Source: Takakia lepidozioides (taxonomy: Eukaryota > Plantae > Bryophyta). Taken from it: a DNA stretch of 64,000 bases. The notes below the pieces were generated by a model. It had not been told where the DNA came from. It made no database searches and saw only the letters and a list, made by a program, of their open reading frames with translations. Position numbers and translations under genes: made by a program. Positions within the stretch are counted from its first letter, which is position 1; every line of letters begins with the position of its first letter. Location of the stretch: NCBI GenBank assembly GCA_030704615.1, contig CM060732.1, positions 2,666,001-2,730,000 of the forward strand, in the 5' to 3' direction. Positions 37,001-49,289 of the stretch are shown here, piece after piece.

Positions 37001-38797
37001 TTCCGATCCAATGTCAGGAGCTGGAAGAGAGTGGCTATTGCTAGGAAGGAACTTCAGTGCATTGAAACCTCACCTTCTCTTTCGCCTCCACACATGCCGT
37101 TGAGAGGTGATGCAGTTTCTCCAATTGCATGGTTGGCTGCATGGCCCGAGAATAGTGTTTTGCAATCTCGGGGATGAAGTCCTTTCCAAGTGCCGGATCT
37201 GCAATTGCCACCAGCTTCACAAGCTTTGACTTGTATTTGGTTCTGGACTTCACACCGGCTTCCTTCAAGTGCTCAGTCAATGACTGCAACGTTTTCACCT
37301 GCCCCTCACTTTCCATGAAGAAGCGTTTGGCATGGGCTAGGGAGGGTATGAGTATCTTACGAGTTGAGGTCCGCCATGGCATTCTTGAGCAGGGAGGAGT
37401 CTGCCGCCTTCACCTTCAGGATGACACACTCCACCATGTAATGCCAGCCAATGTGCTTGGCATGGTTCTGCTTGATGTACTCCCACCAGGCAAGAAGTCG
37501 GTGATTTCCGTCCCACACAAAGATCATTTTACCCGACATATGGCCAAAGTCTGGATCACCCTTCAGCGTCGCCTCGAATTCGTCGTTGCGAGTGTGCCAG
37601 TGGGTATCCCACGTTGACAATTCATCGGCAGTGGGTCCTCGAGTTTCGCCGTCCTCATTCTCAATGGAAACGTAAAACGCTGCCGATCCCAGACGGTACC
37701 CTTCTCGAAATGCAAACTTGAGCTTATCCACATCTCTGGGAAGGGCCTGCCTGACGATGGGAAGGGAGACCATGCGACAGAGTGGGATTCGAAGAGTCCG
37801 CTGGAATACCCTGCTGCCCAGAACTCTGCCAATGCTACTGTGTGTCTCCTCCAACATTTTATCCGCTGCACTTTTGAAATCCTCCGGAGACATGTCTGTA
37901 GGTGCCGGTAGTGGCTGAGCAGCTGGAGCATCCTCAACTGGAGCTGCACTCTGGGGCCTGTCTGCGGGCAATTCTGCCATTGCAGAGGCCTCCTCCGGGC
38001 CTGCTTGCTCATCAGTGGTGAGGTCTTGCTGCGAACGTTGAGCGGCAGCACCCTCCTCCGGTACCAAATCAAGATCAACGGTCGATCCCATTGTCTTCGC
38101 TGCAGCAGAGTCGGCCCCAACATCTGCAGGCGGGAAATCCTCCAGGAACTGAGCTTCAGCTCGTGGAAGCGGTTTTGCGGGAGATTGTTCGGCCGTCGCC
38201 CTGATTGCCTTCTGCTTCCTCATCCTTGCAGGTGAAGGTGTCTGCTGCAATTGAATCTGTCTTTTACCCTGCTGCTTCATTCGCGTTGGGGGGGGTGAAT
38301 CGGCCTGAGCCGGTTCAGAAGCCAGTAGAGGGACGGGCTGCTTCTTCTTCGACTTTGCTGGAGAAGGGCCCGACCCCTGTTGGCGATTCTCCATGACCAA
38401 AGAATGCGAGTCGATCTCTGGGGCTTTGAACTTGCCCTTCGAAGCCGCGTCTTTGAATCGCACAGGGCTAGGCCCGGCAGGAATACCCGCGCTCGGGGAT
38501 CGGGTGGGTGTACGTGCTGCAGCTAGCTCCTCGGACTCTTCCTGCGGCTCTTTGGATTCCTGCGATCCCTCCAGCACGTCCACCTTTCCTGTTAGGCATG
38601 CAAACATGTTCTGCATTCAAGTCTCATAGCATTCAGTCTAAGAATTACAGAAGCAAAATGGGGGGTTCGGTGCTCGATCAGTTGTGCGCAGCCCGATCGC
38701 ATGGAGCTCTCACTGGTGGCTGGGTTGCCTGAGTGGCCTGCTGCTCGGAGATGGCAATCTCCTCCTGTAGACGCATCTGCTTCCTCCCCTTCGGCAT
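34074..38797 (-). pseudogene. Spliced ParB/Srx-like plus beta-class N4/N6 DNA-methyltransferase-like fusion gene, copy 1
   Basis: Phase-compatible GT-AG introns: 38611-38713, donor at 37360 (the next exon is deleted in this copy), 36792-36873, 36428-36573, 35212-35307, 34845-34946, 34543-34647. Motifs: VWDGNHRL (DGNHR 37498-37512); DMIILDIPDG (DIPDG 35551-35565); ARMVLDDRG; SPAFIQTIMETCTDVEGTVLDLICGTG|ASMWAG..SDRHLFAYE. Confidence 0.8.
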
Positions 38798-39044
38798 TGG
38801 CCTACGTCCGAAGTATAATTTCCGGAGCTTGCGACGAGGTCTCCTGTCTGGTGCACAAACTCCCCCCCTCTCAGGTTCGAGCATAAGAAGAACAAAGAGA
38901 GGGAAAAGGGGCAAAGAGTGCAGATGGAAAGGGCGCGAGAGGGGTGACTGAGGAGACACGACAAAAGTAGATGAAACGGCGGTGATGCACCACTTGGGTT
39001 CGAAAGGGTTGGACGAAAGTGTCTCCTCGTGGAGGAAATTCTCT

Positions 39045-39180
39045 TTCTGGGATGGATATCGAATGGGGTCTGCCGCGTTTTACGTTTCCATTGAGAATGA
39101 CCACGGAGCTTCCCGTGCCCACACTTCCGATGAGGTGGAAATGGGGTCCCCATTGGCAAAGGCGAAATGAGGAGTTCGAG
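39045..39180 (+). other. Filler fragment from a diverged ParB-domain paralog at a rearrangement junction
   Basis: KFSFWDGYRMGSAAFYVSIEND...WGPHWQRRNEEFE vs KFAFREGYRLGSAAFYVSIENE...WDTHWHTRNDEFE, in the opposite orientation. Confidence 0.75.
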
Positions 39181-42100
39181 AGATCGCCCCTGTCTGCATC
39201 GCTCTCATCCGTTGAATCACATATGAACTTTCGCACCCGTCTACCTGTCTCAGCTGTTGCCAACTCTTTCCTTATCCTTCTGTCCTCCCTAGCCCTCTCC
39301 AAAATCTGCCCTTCTTTACTGGGATTCTCACATCGTCTAATCGCTGTATTTGCAAGTTTAGCTTCATAACTAGGAAGGGAGTAGTCCTTCACCGGGCTCG
39401 TCATGAAGTCGGCCCTCGCAAAGAATGGGACATTCTTCCTGGCAGGAAGTGTAGGCCCTACATGTTTCGACCTGGATCCTGGAATCCTGCACATAACAAT
39501 CACCAACGAGACCAATGAGAACCACAGTCCGGAAATGCGTTTGACAAAAAATCGCCCAGAAGGCTTTGCAAACTAACAATGTTTGCACTCACTCGTATTC
39601 CGGGTTCTCCTCGGCATCAATTTCCACTGTCTCTTCCTCCGACTCCGACGAATCCGAGGAGTCTTTGGCTTTGATGGGAGCATTCACATTCCGTTGCAGC
39701 CCTTCCAGATGGGATCCCCAGACGGATGTGTCCTCCTCGTAGGCAAAGAGGTGCCGGTCGGAAAACCGCCTAGCCCACATTGAGGCACCTGTTACAATGC
39801 CATCCACACATTATAACATGGCCCTTCAGATGTTGCGAATTAAAGCATAATGAGAATTTGCAGAACAACATAGAACAAGATTTTGCATACTTGTCCCACA
39901 GATGAGGTCGAGCACTGTGCCCTCCACATCAGTGCATGTCTCCATAATTGTCTGAATGAAGGCAGGGTTCCGAGTCCGTGAATACCGCAGGGGTTCCGTT
40001 GAAGTGAGGCTATGAGGGAGAATTCCGTGGGAACGTTGTTGAACAGGACGTTGTAATCGATGGGGTCGCAGTTCGGGTCAACCAACAATCCCTCCTTCCG
40101 GAAAGCAAAGGTGGAGTTCTCCTTTACAAAGCAGTATGCATCAAACTGCTTCGTCTGCATACACAGTGGGGAACGATTAGAAATCGAATGTGGCACCGCA
40201 TTTCAAAACACGTAAGAAAATGAAAGGACGAGTGCCAATGTCGTAATTACCTTCTTCCCTTCCGACCGAAGGCCCAATGTGTTGATGCATGTCCACTTCT
40301 TCTTCAGAATTGGGACGGCGCTCTTGCGGGTTCACTTCGCAATTCCTGTCTGCGTGTTTTTTCCTCTGCTCGCCAGGACAACCATACAGCCTCTCTCGTC
40401 CAACACCATGCGGGCGAGCCCGAATCCTTTCTTCCAAAAGTCCTCCGAGTACCTGTTCCAAGATGGCAAAGCTTGCAGTCCTTCCACAGGCTCTCCGTCC
40501 GGAATATCCAAGATGATCATATCGCAAGACCACTCGGTGGCATTTCCGCCCCTCCTACAATCCTTGTCTGCACACACCCTCTCAAAGAACGAGACCATCT
40601 TCAAAAACCCAGGGGTGTCGGAAGGCTCTTCGGCAGCCGCCTTCTTCAGTGCTCTACCCTTCAGACCCTCCATGGTCTTCATGTATGCCAACTTGGCTGC
40701 CCATCCATCCAAAGCCGCCAAGAAACTCTCATTTACACACTGGACTACTGTATCGGGACCCACTTTTAGCCTCTTCATTTCCACCGGCTCGAAAGGGTGC
40801 CCCCCCGGGGGGTTGAAGAGTGCCTTCTTTGCCGAGCCTGTTCTCGTCCCTCTCGTGACAACGGTGGGCACTGGGGATTTTGGCTGCGTTTCGGGGGGTG
40901 GGCTGGTTGCAAAGTCTCCATCGGAGTCCTCTTCTTCACCCTCTTCCTGCTCTATCTGTTTCTGCTTCTTCGTTTTTTTGGGTGTCACAACTGCTGCTCC
41001 TTGCTGGCGAGTCCTCTTCTTCGACCCCTTCTGTTAAGCCTGCACAGCTGCATCCATGGCCCAGCAGGGACACGTCTTTCCTTTCTCTTCTCTTCTGCTT
41101 TCGCGTGCAGATCTTTCTCAGACTCGTCAACAATTCCGCCAGACATGTCCAGGTATGCGCGGCATGCCATTGTTTCTGTATCTCAGGTGTGTAGACACAG
41201 CTTGGGCCCGCCACGGTCCAAGCCATGAAGAATAGGGGCTCTTGAGCCAGGGCCCCTGTCTGAAGAAGCACGTATTTCATATACCTGCAAGGCAGTCAGC
41301 ATGCGTGAGCAAAAGTTGAGACCAACGTACTCGCAGAGTGCAACCGAAAACATAAAATGCAAATGCGGTGCCGCATTTCCCAGACAAACCTCATAACCAG
41401 GCTTCGCATACAAGGGCAGCTGGGCTTCACCTGTAAACAATTCGCATTGCAGCTTTTCCCGCTCCCTCCTGATGTGTAAACTCCACGCTCCTTCTTACTG
41501 TCTGTAGCTCCCTGGCGAAGAGGTTGTCCTTGTACGCACATCTGAAATGTGTCGCGTAGTCTTCCAATGTCTGTGTTCCATCCCATTTGACGTACAAGCA
41601 GAACAAATTTGTATGCATTACGACTTGCTCCTTCGCATTCGTCATTACCTGCGATTCCCACATGCATTGTCACGTAGCAGTTCAGGGAATTCATTTCAGA
41701 AAAGCAAATATGGGGAAATACCTTGAATTACCTGGAACCACCAAGTCATGCGGTTGAGCCACACATCCACTGCAGGGTCGGAAACTTCGAGTGGAAAAGA
41801 CCACATTGTTCTTATACTCTCCGATGCATTCCAGATCGACAGCCACCGTGTCTGCCATTTCCGATCCAATGTCAGGAGCAGGAAGAAGAGTGGCTATTGC
41901 TAGGAAGGAACTTCAGTGCATTGAAACCTCACCTTCTCTTTTGCCTCAATACATGCCATTGAGAGGTGATGCAGTTTCTCCAACTACATGGTCGGTTGCA
42001 TGGCCCGAGAATAGTGTTTTGCAATCTCGGGGATGAAGTCATTTCCAAGTGCCGGATCTGCAATTGCCACCAGCTTCACAAGCTTTGACGTGTATTTCGT

Positions 42101-42387
42101 TCTGGACTTGACCCCGGCTTCCTTCAAGTACTCAGTCAATGACTGCAATGTTTTGACCTACCCCTCACTTTCCATGAAGAAGCGTTTGGCATGGGCCAAA
42201 TCCAGCTTGATGTTTGACTGCCAACAAAAACATGCAGAAGCGTTACATTCGATTCATGTGGAAAGATTACTGAAAATTGGGGAAGGATGAGCAGAGGGAA
42301 ATGGGAGGACGACTTACTTCGTATATCACCTCCACCATTCCATCCATAGTGAGACGATACCATGTCCGGTCAGTTTTTGCCACGGCT
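39181..42387 (-). pseudogene. ParB-MTase gene copy 2, 3' part (end of exon 3 to exon 9)
   Basis: Colinear with ~34250-37337. Extra exon part VAKTDRTWYRLTMDGMVEVIYE and intron 42218-42317. DIPDG at 40494-40508; GASMWARRFSDRHLFAYEE in frame. Confidence 0.82.
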
Positions 42388-42993
42388 TGTAGTGTGAATG
42401 CAGGGGAGTGACATTACATTTTTGTTTTACCGTTGAGACCTACATCACATAATGGGAGTGCCCATTATCCCAACTGCAGGAGGGATGTATCACTGCATGC
42501 AGGTAATTTCATGGGTACACTGAGCTTATGCTTTGCCAGGAGAAAAAATGGCTAAGTCATGACAGTGCGTATTTTCATCCATGCGATGAACGCTTTCATC
42601 ACTGGTGCTTAACCTAAAATCACGGGTTGAGAAAAACAAAGAAGAAGATGACAGGTGACTCGTCGCAGCTGCTGCGAGTAGTGGTGTTGGCAGGGCAGCC
42701 TGCTGTTGGGAGGTTGTACCTACGCTGTGAGATTTTGCTTGGTTTAGGAAGCGACATTAAGTACCTCTGCTTGGGGGCTGCTATTTCATGAGCGGCATGA
42801 GCATGAGCGGAAAAAAAAAAAGCATGAGCAGACCATTGTGAGTCCACGGAAATAGGGTTAGGAGGCACGGAAATAGGGTCATGTGAAGTTGGAATGTGGC
42901 ATCAGTGGACTTGAAATGCAACATATTATTGCAAATTTTGTGGCAAGCCACGTCTATACAAGTGTGTTCTAACTGTCATAGCCGGAATGGGCA

Positions 42994-43180
42994 CTATTCT
43001 CCTACACCCTCCGAGGAACTTGCCCCACCTTCTTCCTCATCCCCCTCATCCCCCTCATCCTCCGAGCTTTGTGATGCATCAGTTCCACTATGCCTCTCAA
43101 AAATCCCGTCCTCTTGGGGGACTGTCCACCTCACCTCCTGGGAATCTTCTGCATCTTCTCCCCCATCTTCTCCCCCAAAT
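42994..43180 (-). pseudogene. Remnant of the last exon of the ParB-MTase gene in subfamily B
   Basis: EVRWTVPQEDGIFE vs EVRWTVPQGEDGIFE in subfamily A. Confidence 0.7.
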
Positions 43181-46100
43181 TTTGCGCGCCGACCTACCTG
43201 GCGGATGGAAATCCGGCGCCGGATTTCCATCCATCCGCTCTTCGAATTACCTGCATGACTGGAAAAATGGCGCCGAATTTCCGATTTTGGTGCCAGCCAC
43301 CCTCGGGACTTAGCCATTTCCGGCCCCGAACTGAAAAAATGGCGCCGAAAAAAAAAAAAAAAAAAAAAACCTCCATTTTTCCAGTTCGGGGCCGAAAACG
43401 GCTAAGTCCCAGATCTGACTGGCACCAAAATCGGAAATTCGGCGCCATTTTTCCAGTCATGCAGGTAATTCGAAGAGCGGATGGATGGAAATCCGGCACC
43501 GGAGTAGGTCGGTGCGCAAAATTTCCATCATGCAGGTAATTCGGAGCGCGGATGGATGGAAATCCGGCGCCGGATTTCCATTCATCCGCTCTTCGAATTA
43601 CCTCCATGACTGGAAAAATGGCGCCGAATTTCCGATTTTGGTGCCAGTCAGATCTGGGACTTAGCCGTTTTCGGCCCCGAAAAGGAAATATGGCGTTTTT
43701 TTTTTTTTTTTTTTTTTTTTTTTTGGGCGCCATTTTTCCAGTTCGGGGCCGAAAATGGCTAAGTCCCAAATCTGACTGGCACCAAAATCGGAAATTCGGC
43801 GCCATTTTTCCAGTCATGTAGGTAATTCGAAGAGCGAAGAGCGGATGGATGGAAATCCGACGCCACATCCGCCAGGTAGGTCGGCGCGCAAAATTTCCAT
43901 CATGCAGGTTATTCGGAGCGCGGATGGATGGAAATCCGGCGCCGGATTTCCATCCATCCGCTCTTCGAATTACCTCCATGACTGGAAATTTGGCGCCGAA
44001 TTTCCGATTTTGGTGCCAGTCAGATCTGGGACTTAGCCGTTTTCGGCCCCAAATTGGAAAAATGGAGGTTTTTTTTTTTTTTTTTTTTTTCGGCGCCATT
44101 TTTCCAGTTCAGGGCCGGAAATGGCTAAGTCCCAGATCTGACTGACACCAAAATCGGAAATTCGGCGCCATTTTTCCAGTCATGCAGGTAATTCGAAGAG
44201 CGGATGGATGGAAATCCGGCGCCGGATTTACATCCGCCAGGTAGGTCGGCGCGCAAAATTTCCATCATGCAGGTAATTCGGAGCGCGGATAAATGAAAAT
44301 CCGGCGCCGGATTTCCATCCATCCGCTCTTCGAATTACCTCCATGACTGGAAAAATGGCGCCGAATTTCCGATTTTGGTGCCAGTCAGATCTGGGACTTA
44401 GCCGTTTTCGGCCCCGAACAGGAAAAATGGAGTTTTTTTTTTTTTTTTTTTGGCGCCATTTTTCCAGTTTGGGGCCGAAAATGGCTAAGTCCCAGATCTG
44501 ACTGGCACCAAAATCGGAAATTCGGCGCCATTTTTCCAGTCATGTAGGTAATTCGAAGAGCGGATGGATGGAAATCCGGCGCCGGATTTCCATCCGCCAG
44601 GTAAGTCGGCGCGCAAAATTTTCGTCATGCAGGTAATTCGAAGAGCGGATGGATGGAAATCCGGCGCCGGATTTCCATCCGCCAGGTAGGTCGGCGCGCA
44701 AAATTTCCATCATGCAGGTTATTCGGAGCGCGGATGGATGGAAATCCGGCGCCGGATTTCCATCCTCCAGGTAAGTCGGCGCTGCAAATTCGGTAGGGCG
44801 GCGCGCCAAATTTCCCTCACGCAGGTAATTCGGAAGCGGATGGATGGAAATCCGGCGCCGAATTTCCATCCGCGCAGGTAGGGCGGCGCGCGAAATTTCC
44901 CTCACGCAGGTTATTCCGAAGCGGATGGATGGAAATCCGGCGCCGCATTTCCATCCTGCAGGTAATTCGAATCCCGGATGGATGGAAATTCGGCGCTGAA
45001 TTTCCATCCAGCAGGTAAGTGCAATCTCGGATGGATGGAAATTCGGCGCCAAATTTCCATCCAGCAGGTAAGTGGAATCCCGGATGGATGGAAATCCGGC
45101 GCCGCATTTCCATCCTGCAGGTAATTCGAATCCCGGATGGATGGAAATCCGGCGCCGCATTTCCATCCTGCAGGTAATTCGAATCCCGGATGGATGGAAA
45201 TTCGGCGCCGAATTTCCATCCTGCAGGTAACTGGAATCCCGGATGGATGGAAATCCGGCGCCGAATTTCCATCCTGCAGGTAATTCGAAACCCCGATGGA
45301 TGGAAATCCGGCGCCGAATTTCCATCCAGCAGGTAAGTCGGATCGCTTGCGTATGGATATTCGGCGCCGAATTTCCATTCACCAGGTATTTCATCGCTCA
45401 GAATTACCTTCCTGCAGGTAATTGTGATCGATGGATTACCTTCGTGCAGGTAATTCTGAGCGAGAAATTACCTTCCTACCTTCATCGATCACAATTACCT
45501 GCAGGAAGGTAATTCTGAGCGATGAAATACCTGGTGAATGGAAATTCGGCGCCGAATATCCATACGCCAGCGATCCGACTTACCTGCTGGATGGAAATTC
45601 GGCGCCGGATTTCCATCCGTCCGGGATTCCACTTACCTGCTGGATGGAAATTCGGCGCCGAATTTCCATCCGGGGGATGGTCTCTGTCGGAGAGGTGTCG
45701 GCCTCTCCGCCGCTCTGTTGGATATTCGGTGCCGAATTTCCGTCCGGGGGTTGAAATATGACGGCCAGGTGCCGACCTCTCCCCCCTCCCCGACTGCATT
45801 GGAACGGCCCCGGATTGAAATTCGGCGCCGTTTTCCCATCTGGGGAGGTTTTTATGTCGACCAGTTTTCGGTCTGACCCCCCAACACGACTTCCTTTGGG
45901 AGGGCCCGGATGGAAATTCGGTGCCGAATCTCCATCGAGGGGATGCTCTCTGTCGAACACGTGCCGACCTCTACGCCCGAGGCGACTTCATCCGGGCGTC
46001 CCCTGTTCGATATTCGGTGCCGAATTTCCGTCCGGGGGTTGAAATGTGACGGCCAAGTGCCGGCCTCTCCCCCCTCCCCGAGTGCATCCGAACCGCCCCG

Positions 46101-46320
46101 GATGGAAATTCGGCGCCGTTTTTCCATCTGGGGATGTTTTTATGCCGGCCAGTTTTCGGCTTGACCCCCCGACACGACTTCCTTTGGGGGGGCCCGGATG
46201 GAAATTCGGCGCCGAATCTCCATCCAGGGGATGTTCTCTGTCGCACACGCGCCGGCCTCTGCGCCCGAGGCAACTTCATCCGGGCTTCCCTGTTGGATAT
46301 TGGGTGCCGAATTTCCATTT
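43180..46320. repeat. Subfamily-B palindrome array GGAAAT(C/T)CGGCGCCG(G/A)ATTTCC; 53- and 85-bp periods, inverted higher-order units with poly(A/T), 288-bp tandem unit at the right
   Basis: Starts at 44931, 44984, 45037, 45090, 45143, 45196, 45249, 45302, 45355 (53 bp) and 44570, 44655, 44740 (85 bp). 45758 vs 46046 gives the 288-bp unit. Confidence 0.93.
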
Positions 46321-46620
46321 GGGGGTAGTAATGTGACGGCACGGTGCCGGCTTCTCCCCTTCAGCCGTCATCATCCGGACGGCCCCCACTTTCTGACTGC
46401 ATACCGTTGGCAGTTATTGCGCAAAGACCAGGGCCGCATTCCGGAGACAAGGTTCATTAACACTCTGACTGTGGATTTTTGAGATAGTTGGCTCCCTGGA
46501 TTTGGATCAGGCTTCGTCGGTCGGACAAATCGGCATCGCATTCATTCCCATCGCTGCATCCCCCTTCTACCAGGGAGCTTCCCCGCACGCCATCCTGGCA
46601 GTCTTGTGTGCACATCTCCC

Positions 46621-49208
46621 ATGGCGGAAAACCCGAGCGCTACAGTGTACTGCCCTCCTCACGAGCATAGAGCTTCATTTCCGTGCAGAGGGACATCTGC
46701 CGGGTGATGGAGAAATATCTGTGCGTTCGATACCACCTGAAACCGGGGTCGGTTTTTTGGAGGAGGAAAGGAAGGACTTTAACGGCCTTGTTGTCGAGAG
46801 TATTGTTGTGCTCCACGATGATTTCGGCGATGGCAGGGAATGGCGAGTTCCACCATCGGACAGCGTCATATACAGGGCTGTTGGGGACTTCATTTGCCCG
46901 CCAAATGCACCTTCTATCCTGGCGCCTTCCACGAAACAATCCGCGAATCAGAGAGTGGCTACCTCAAAGAGTGGCTACCTCAAAGAGAGAAGTCCGCAAC
47001 GAAGTAAATCCAGAGCCGAACCCATCCATGAAGATGAGCGAGAACCGGGTTGTTCACAACCTGTCCGACTCAGACGAGGTCATGGAAGTTCCGAGGTCGT
47101 CCTGGAGATCAGGCAAGTCCTCAATGGACGTCAGTGGAGGAGGGAGTCATATTCCCAGCACAAGCACCGCAGTTCGATCTATTCTTGAAATTCTGCGAGG
47201 GCTTCACCTGGAGGGACACCGGTCGGAGCTGGCCGGGCTGGACTACAGCAAGTTCGCAATTAAATCGGTTACATGCCTTCCCGCCGACGTCGACGGTAAT
47301 ATCTTCTTTGAGTTCCCTCCTCGGGCGGACTACTCGAGGGCGTCCGGAATGTTGACAGATATGGATAGAAAACATGACGGTCATCCTTGGTGCGTTACCA
47401 AAACCACCAGCATGAAGATGCTCGATGGTGTGCGGGTGCGCTACGTTGTTTGTGCGGGCGCGTTGCGGTGTTTCTCCCCAACTTGCTTCCACTTTAAATC
47501 CAGAGGTCACAGGAACGAGACCGATTGGACAGGCACAGCTCATCAACCATTTCGAGCTCAGGAGAAGGTTCCGAACTCCACATTTAAGCATTGCTGGAGT
47601 CGGTGTCCCACGTATGTTCACCGAATGTCCGAAACCACATTGTCTCATGCAAACAGAAAATTGGGCGTGGCTCGGATATGCACTCCATTCTGGAGGTGAA
47701 GCGACGATGTGGATATGACTACATTCATGGAAGTAGGTTTCAAGGACAAGGGACTGAGGCATATCGTTGTTTCGTATTCAAAATGTCCACGTGTGGACCT
47801 GGCAGCGGCGTCGAACTGGTCGACAGGATGACGAGTGGGAACTTGTCAAACAGTTGGGTCATGTTCGACCATATCAAGCGAATTACAAATCACCAGTGGG
47901 TGACAATGGGTGCACATGTCTACGACACCCACTGCAGGATGCTAATGACAATTGCTATTTATGAGATGAAAGGAGAGGACACACAATCGGAGATGCTTCT
48001 TTGGCAGGGAATAAACGAACAGATGGCCAAGGCGGGATTGCCCCCTCCCAATTTCCGTGGTTTCATGGCGGACAACGCACAAGCAAATTGGGCTGCCATC
48101 CGAAGGGTGTACGGGCAAGACCCAATGTTCCCATGGAAGGCAAGGAGAGATCTTGTGGGTTCCATTTTCTGCAGAGCCTTTCGCAGTACACAACCAGGCT
48201 CGTGGCGCCAGATTTCAGAGAGGAGCACCGTTCCATGCGCCTTGCGTGGAAGCGCGCTCCCACCTTGGATGATGCAGAGACACAGTTTGCATGCATACGG
48301 GCTTGGTGGACATCGTCAGGTGCTGTAAGGAAATCAGACGAGGGAGGAATGGTCAGTTGGCTAGCATGGTGGCATTATCGTTTCCTCCAGTTCGGCGACT
48401 ATATTCGGGAGGTGAGTTGCACGAATTCGCGTCCCGTTGAATATTATTCTTGGCCATATTTGTAACTTGCTTGTAACCTGAACATGTGCTTGTGCAAGAA
48501 ATGTGTCTCGACTCCGACACCGACATGCCCACGACAAACATGGCCGAATCAGTGCACTCTTCCTGGCGTGCCTCCTCTGCAGCGCATCTGGTGGACATCC
48601 TCACTGCCACAACGGAGGACATTGTGAGGTCAATTATGCAGCAATGCAGGTACAACGAGTTCTTGAAAGGGAAACAGTGGGGCTTGGGGCCGGACAGGCA
48701 GGAAATGGTGCAACGCACAGACATCCCGGCCCACGCATTTCCGGTTCCTCAGACCCAGCCATTGCAGACTGCTCGGTCCAGTAGAGACGGATTGGACAAT
48801 TCTGCACATCCCACAATGCGATTCGGAAGAGTGAAGAGACGACACCCTCCCAACAAGTTGAATGAGACTCGGATTGCCAATGCTCTTGGGATGGCTTGCA
48901 CTATTCAGAGCTCCGTGGACGTACCCCCACCCGACCTTGGGCGTGTGTATCGGATGGCAACGGCCGGCTCGGCTGTACGCGACGATGTATACACAATTAC
49001 GATTGGAGTGGAGCCGACTTGCAATTGTACGGACTTCTCGTTGATGGAAGCAAAGAAGGGTTCCAAGTATTATCCGTGCAAGCATCTGTATTACATTTAC
49101 CTGAAGAGGTTGAGGATGAACGTGACTATTGATGACTTTATTCATGCACCGGCGTTGAGCATGAACGAGCTGCACAAACTCCTCCTTAGGGATTCCAGAA
49201 ATCATTGA
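46621..49208 (+). pseudogene. MULE-B transposase (GCM-like, DDE, SWIM) with internal deletions and frameshifts
   Basis: DRKHDGHPWCVTKT...CAGALRC; WVMFD; GFMAD; CGFH; TNMAESVH; CNCTDF...PCKH. Intron at the same position as in subfamily A (donor 48412). Confidence 0.88.
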
Positions 49209-49289
49209 TGGGGCAAAGGGAATCCTCCATATGGATATTTTCAATTGCATTTGCTGGCTAATGAAATGCACCCCAAAACTCCATGAACT

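Larger units (their letters stand above)
31063..39043 (+). mobile_element. MULE-A left half: left TIR, ORF-X pair, short palindrome array, ParB-MTase cargo gene
   Basis: GGGGGCTGCTATTTCATGAGC at 31063 with CATGAGC subterminal repeats. The end of this segment matches window position 1. Confidence 0.85.

Noticed and set aside
42380-42400. CACTA (En/Spm) termini (TAGTG at 42390, CACTA at 51749)
   Set aside because: They face the wrong way for a CACTA element, and the outer flanks join into one continuous exon.
43090-46482. Many ORFs with MEIRRRISI / GNAAPHF / KCGAAFP repeats (also 1-1830, 33364-34112, 63189-64000)
   Set aside because: These are translations of the palindromic DNA repeats, open on both strands with no independent coding signal.
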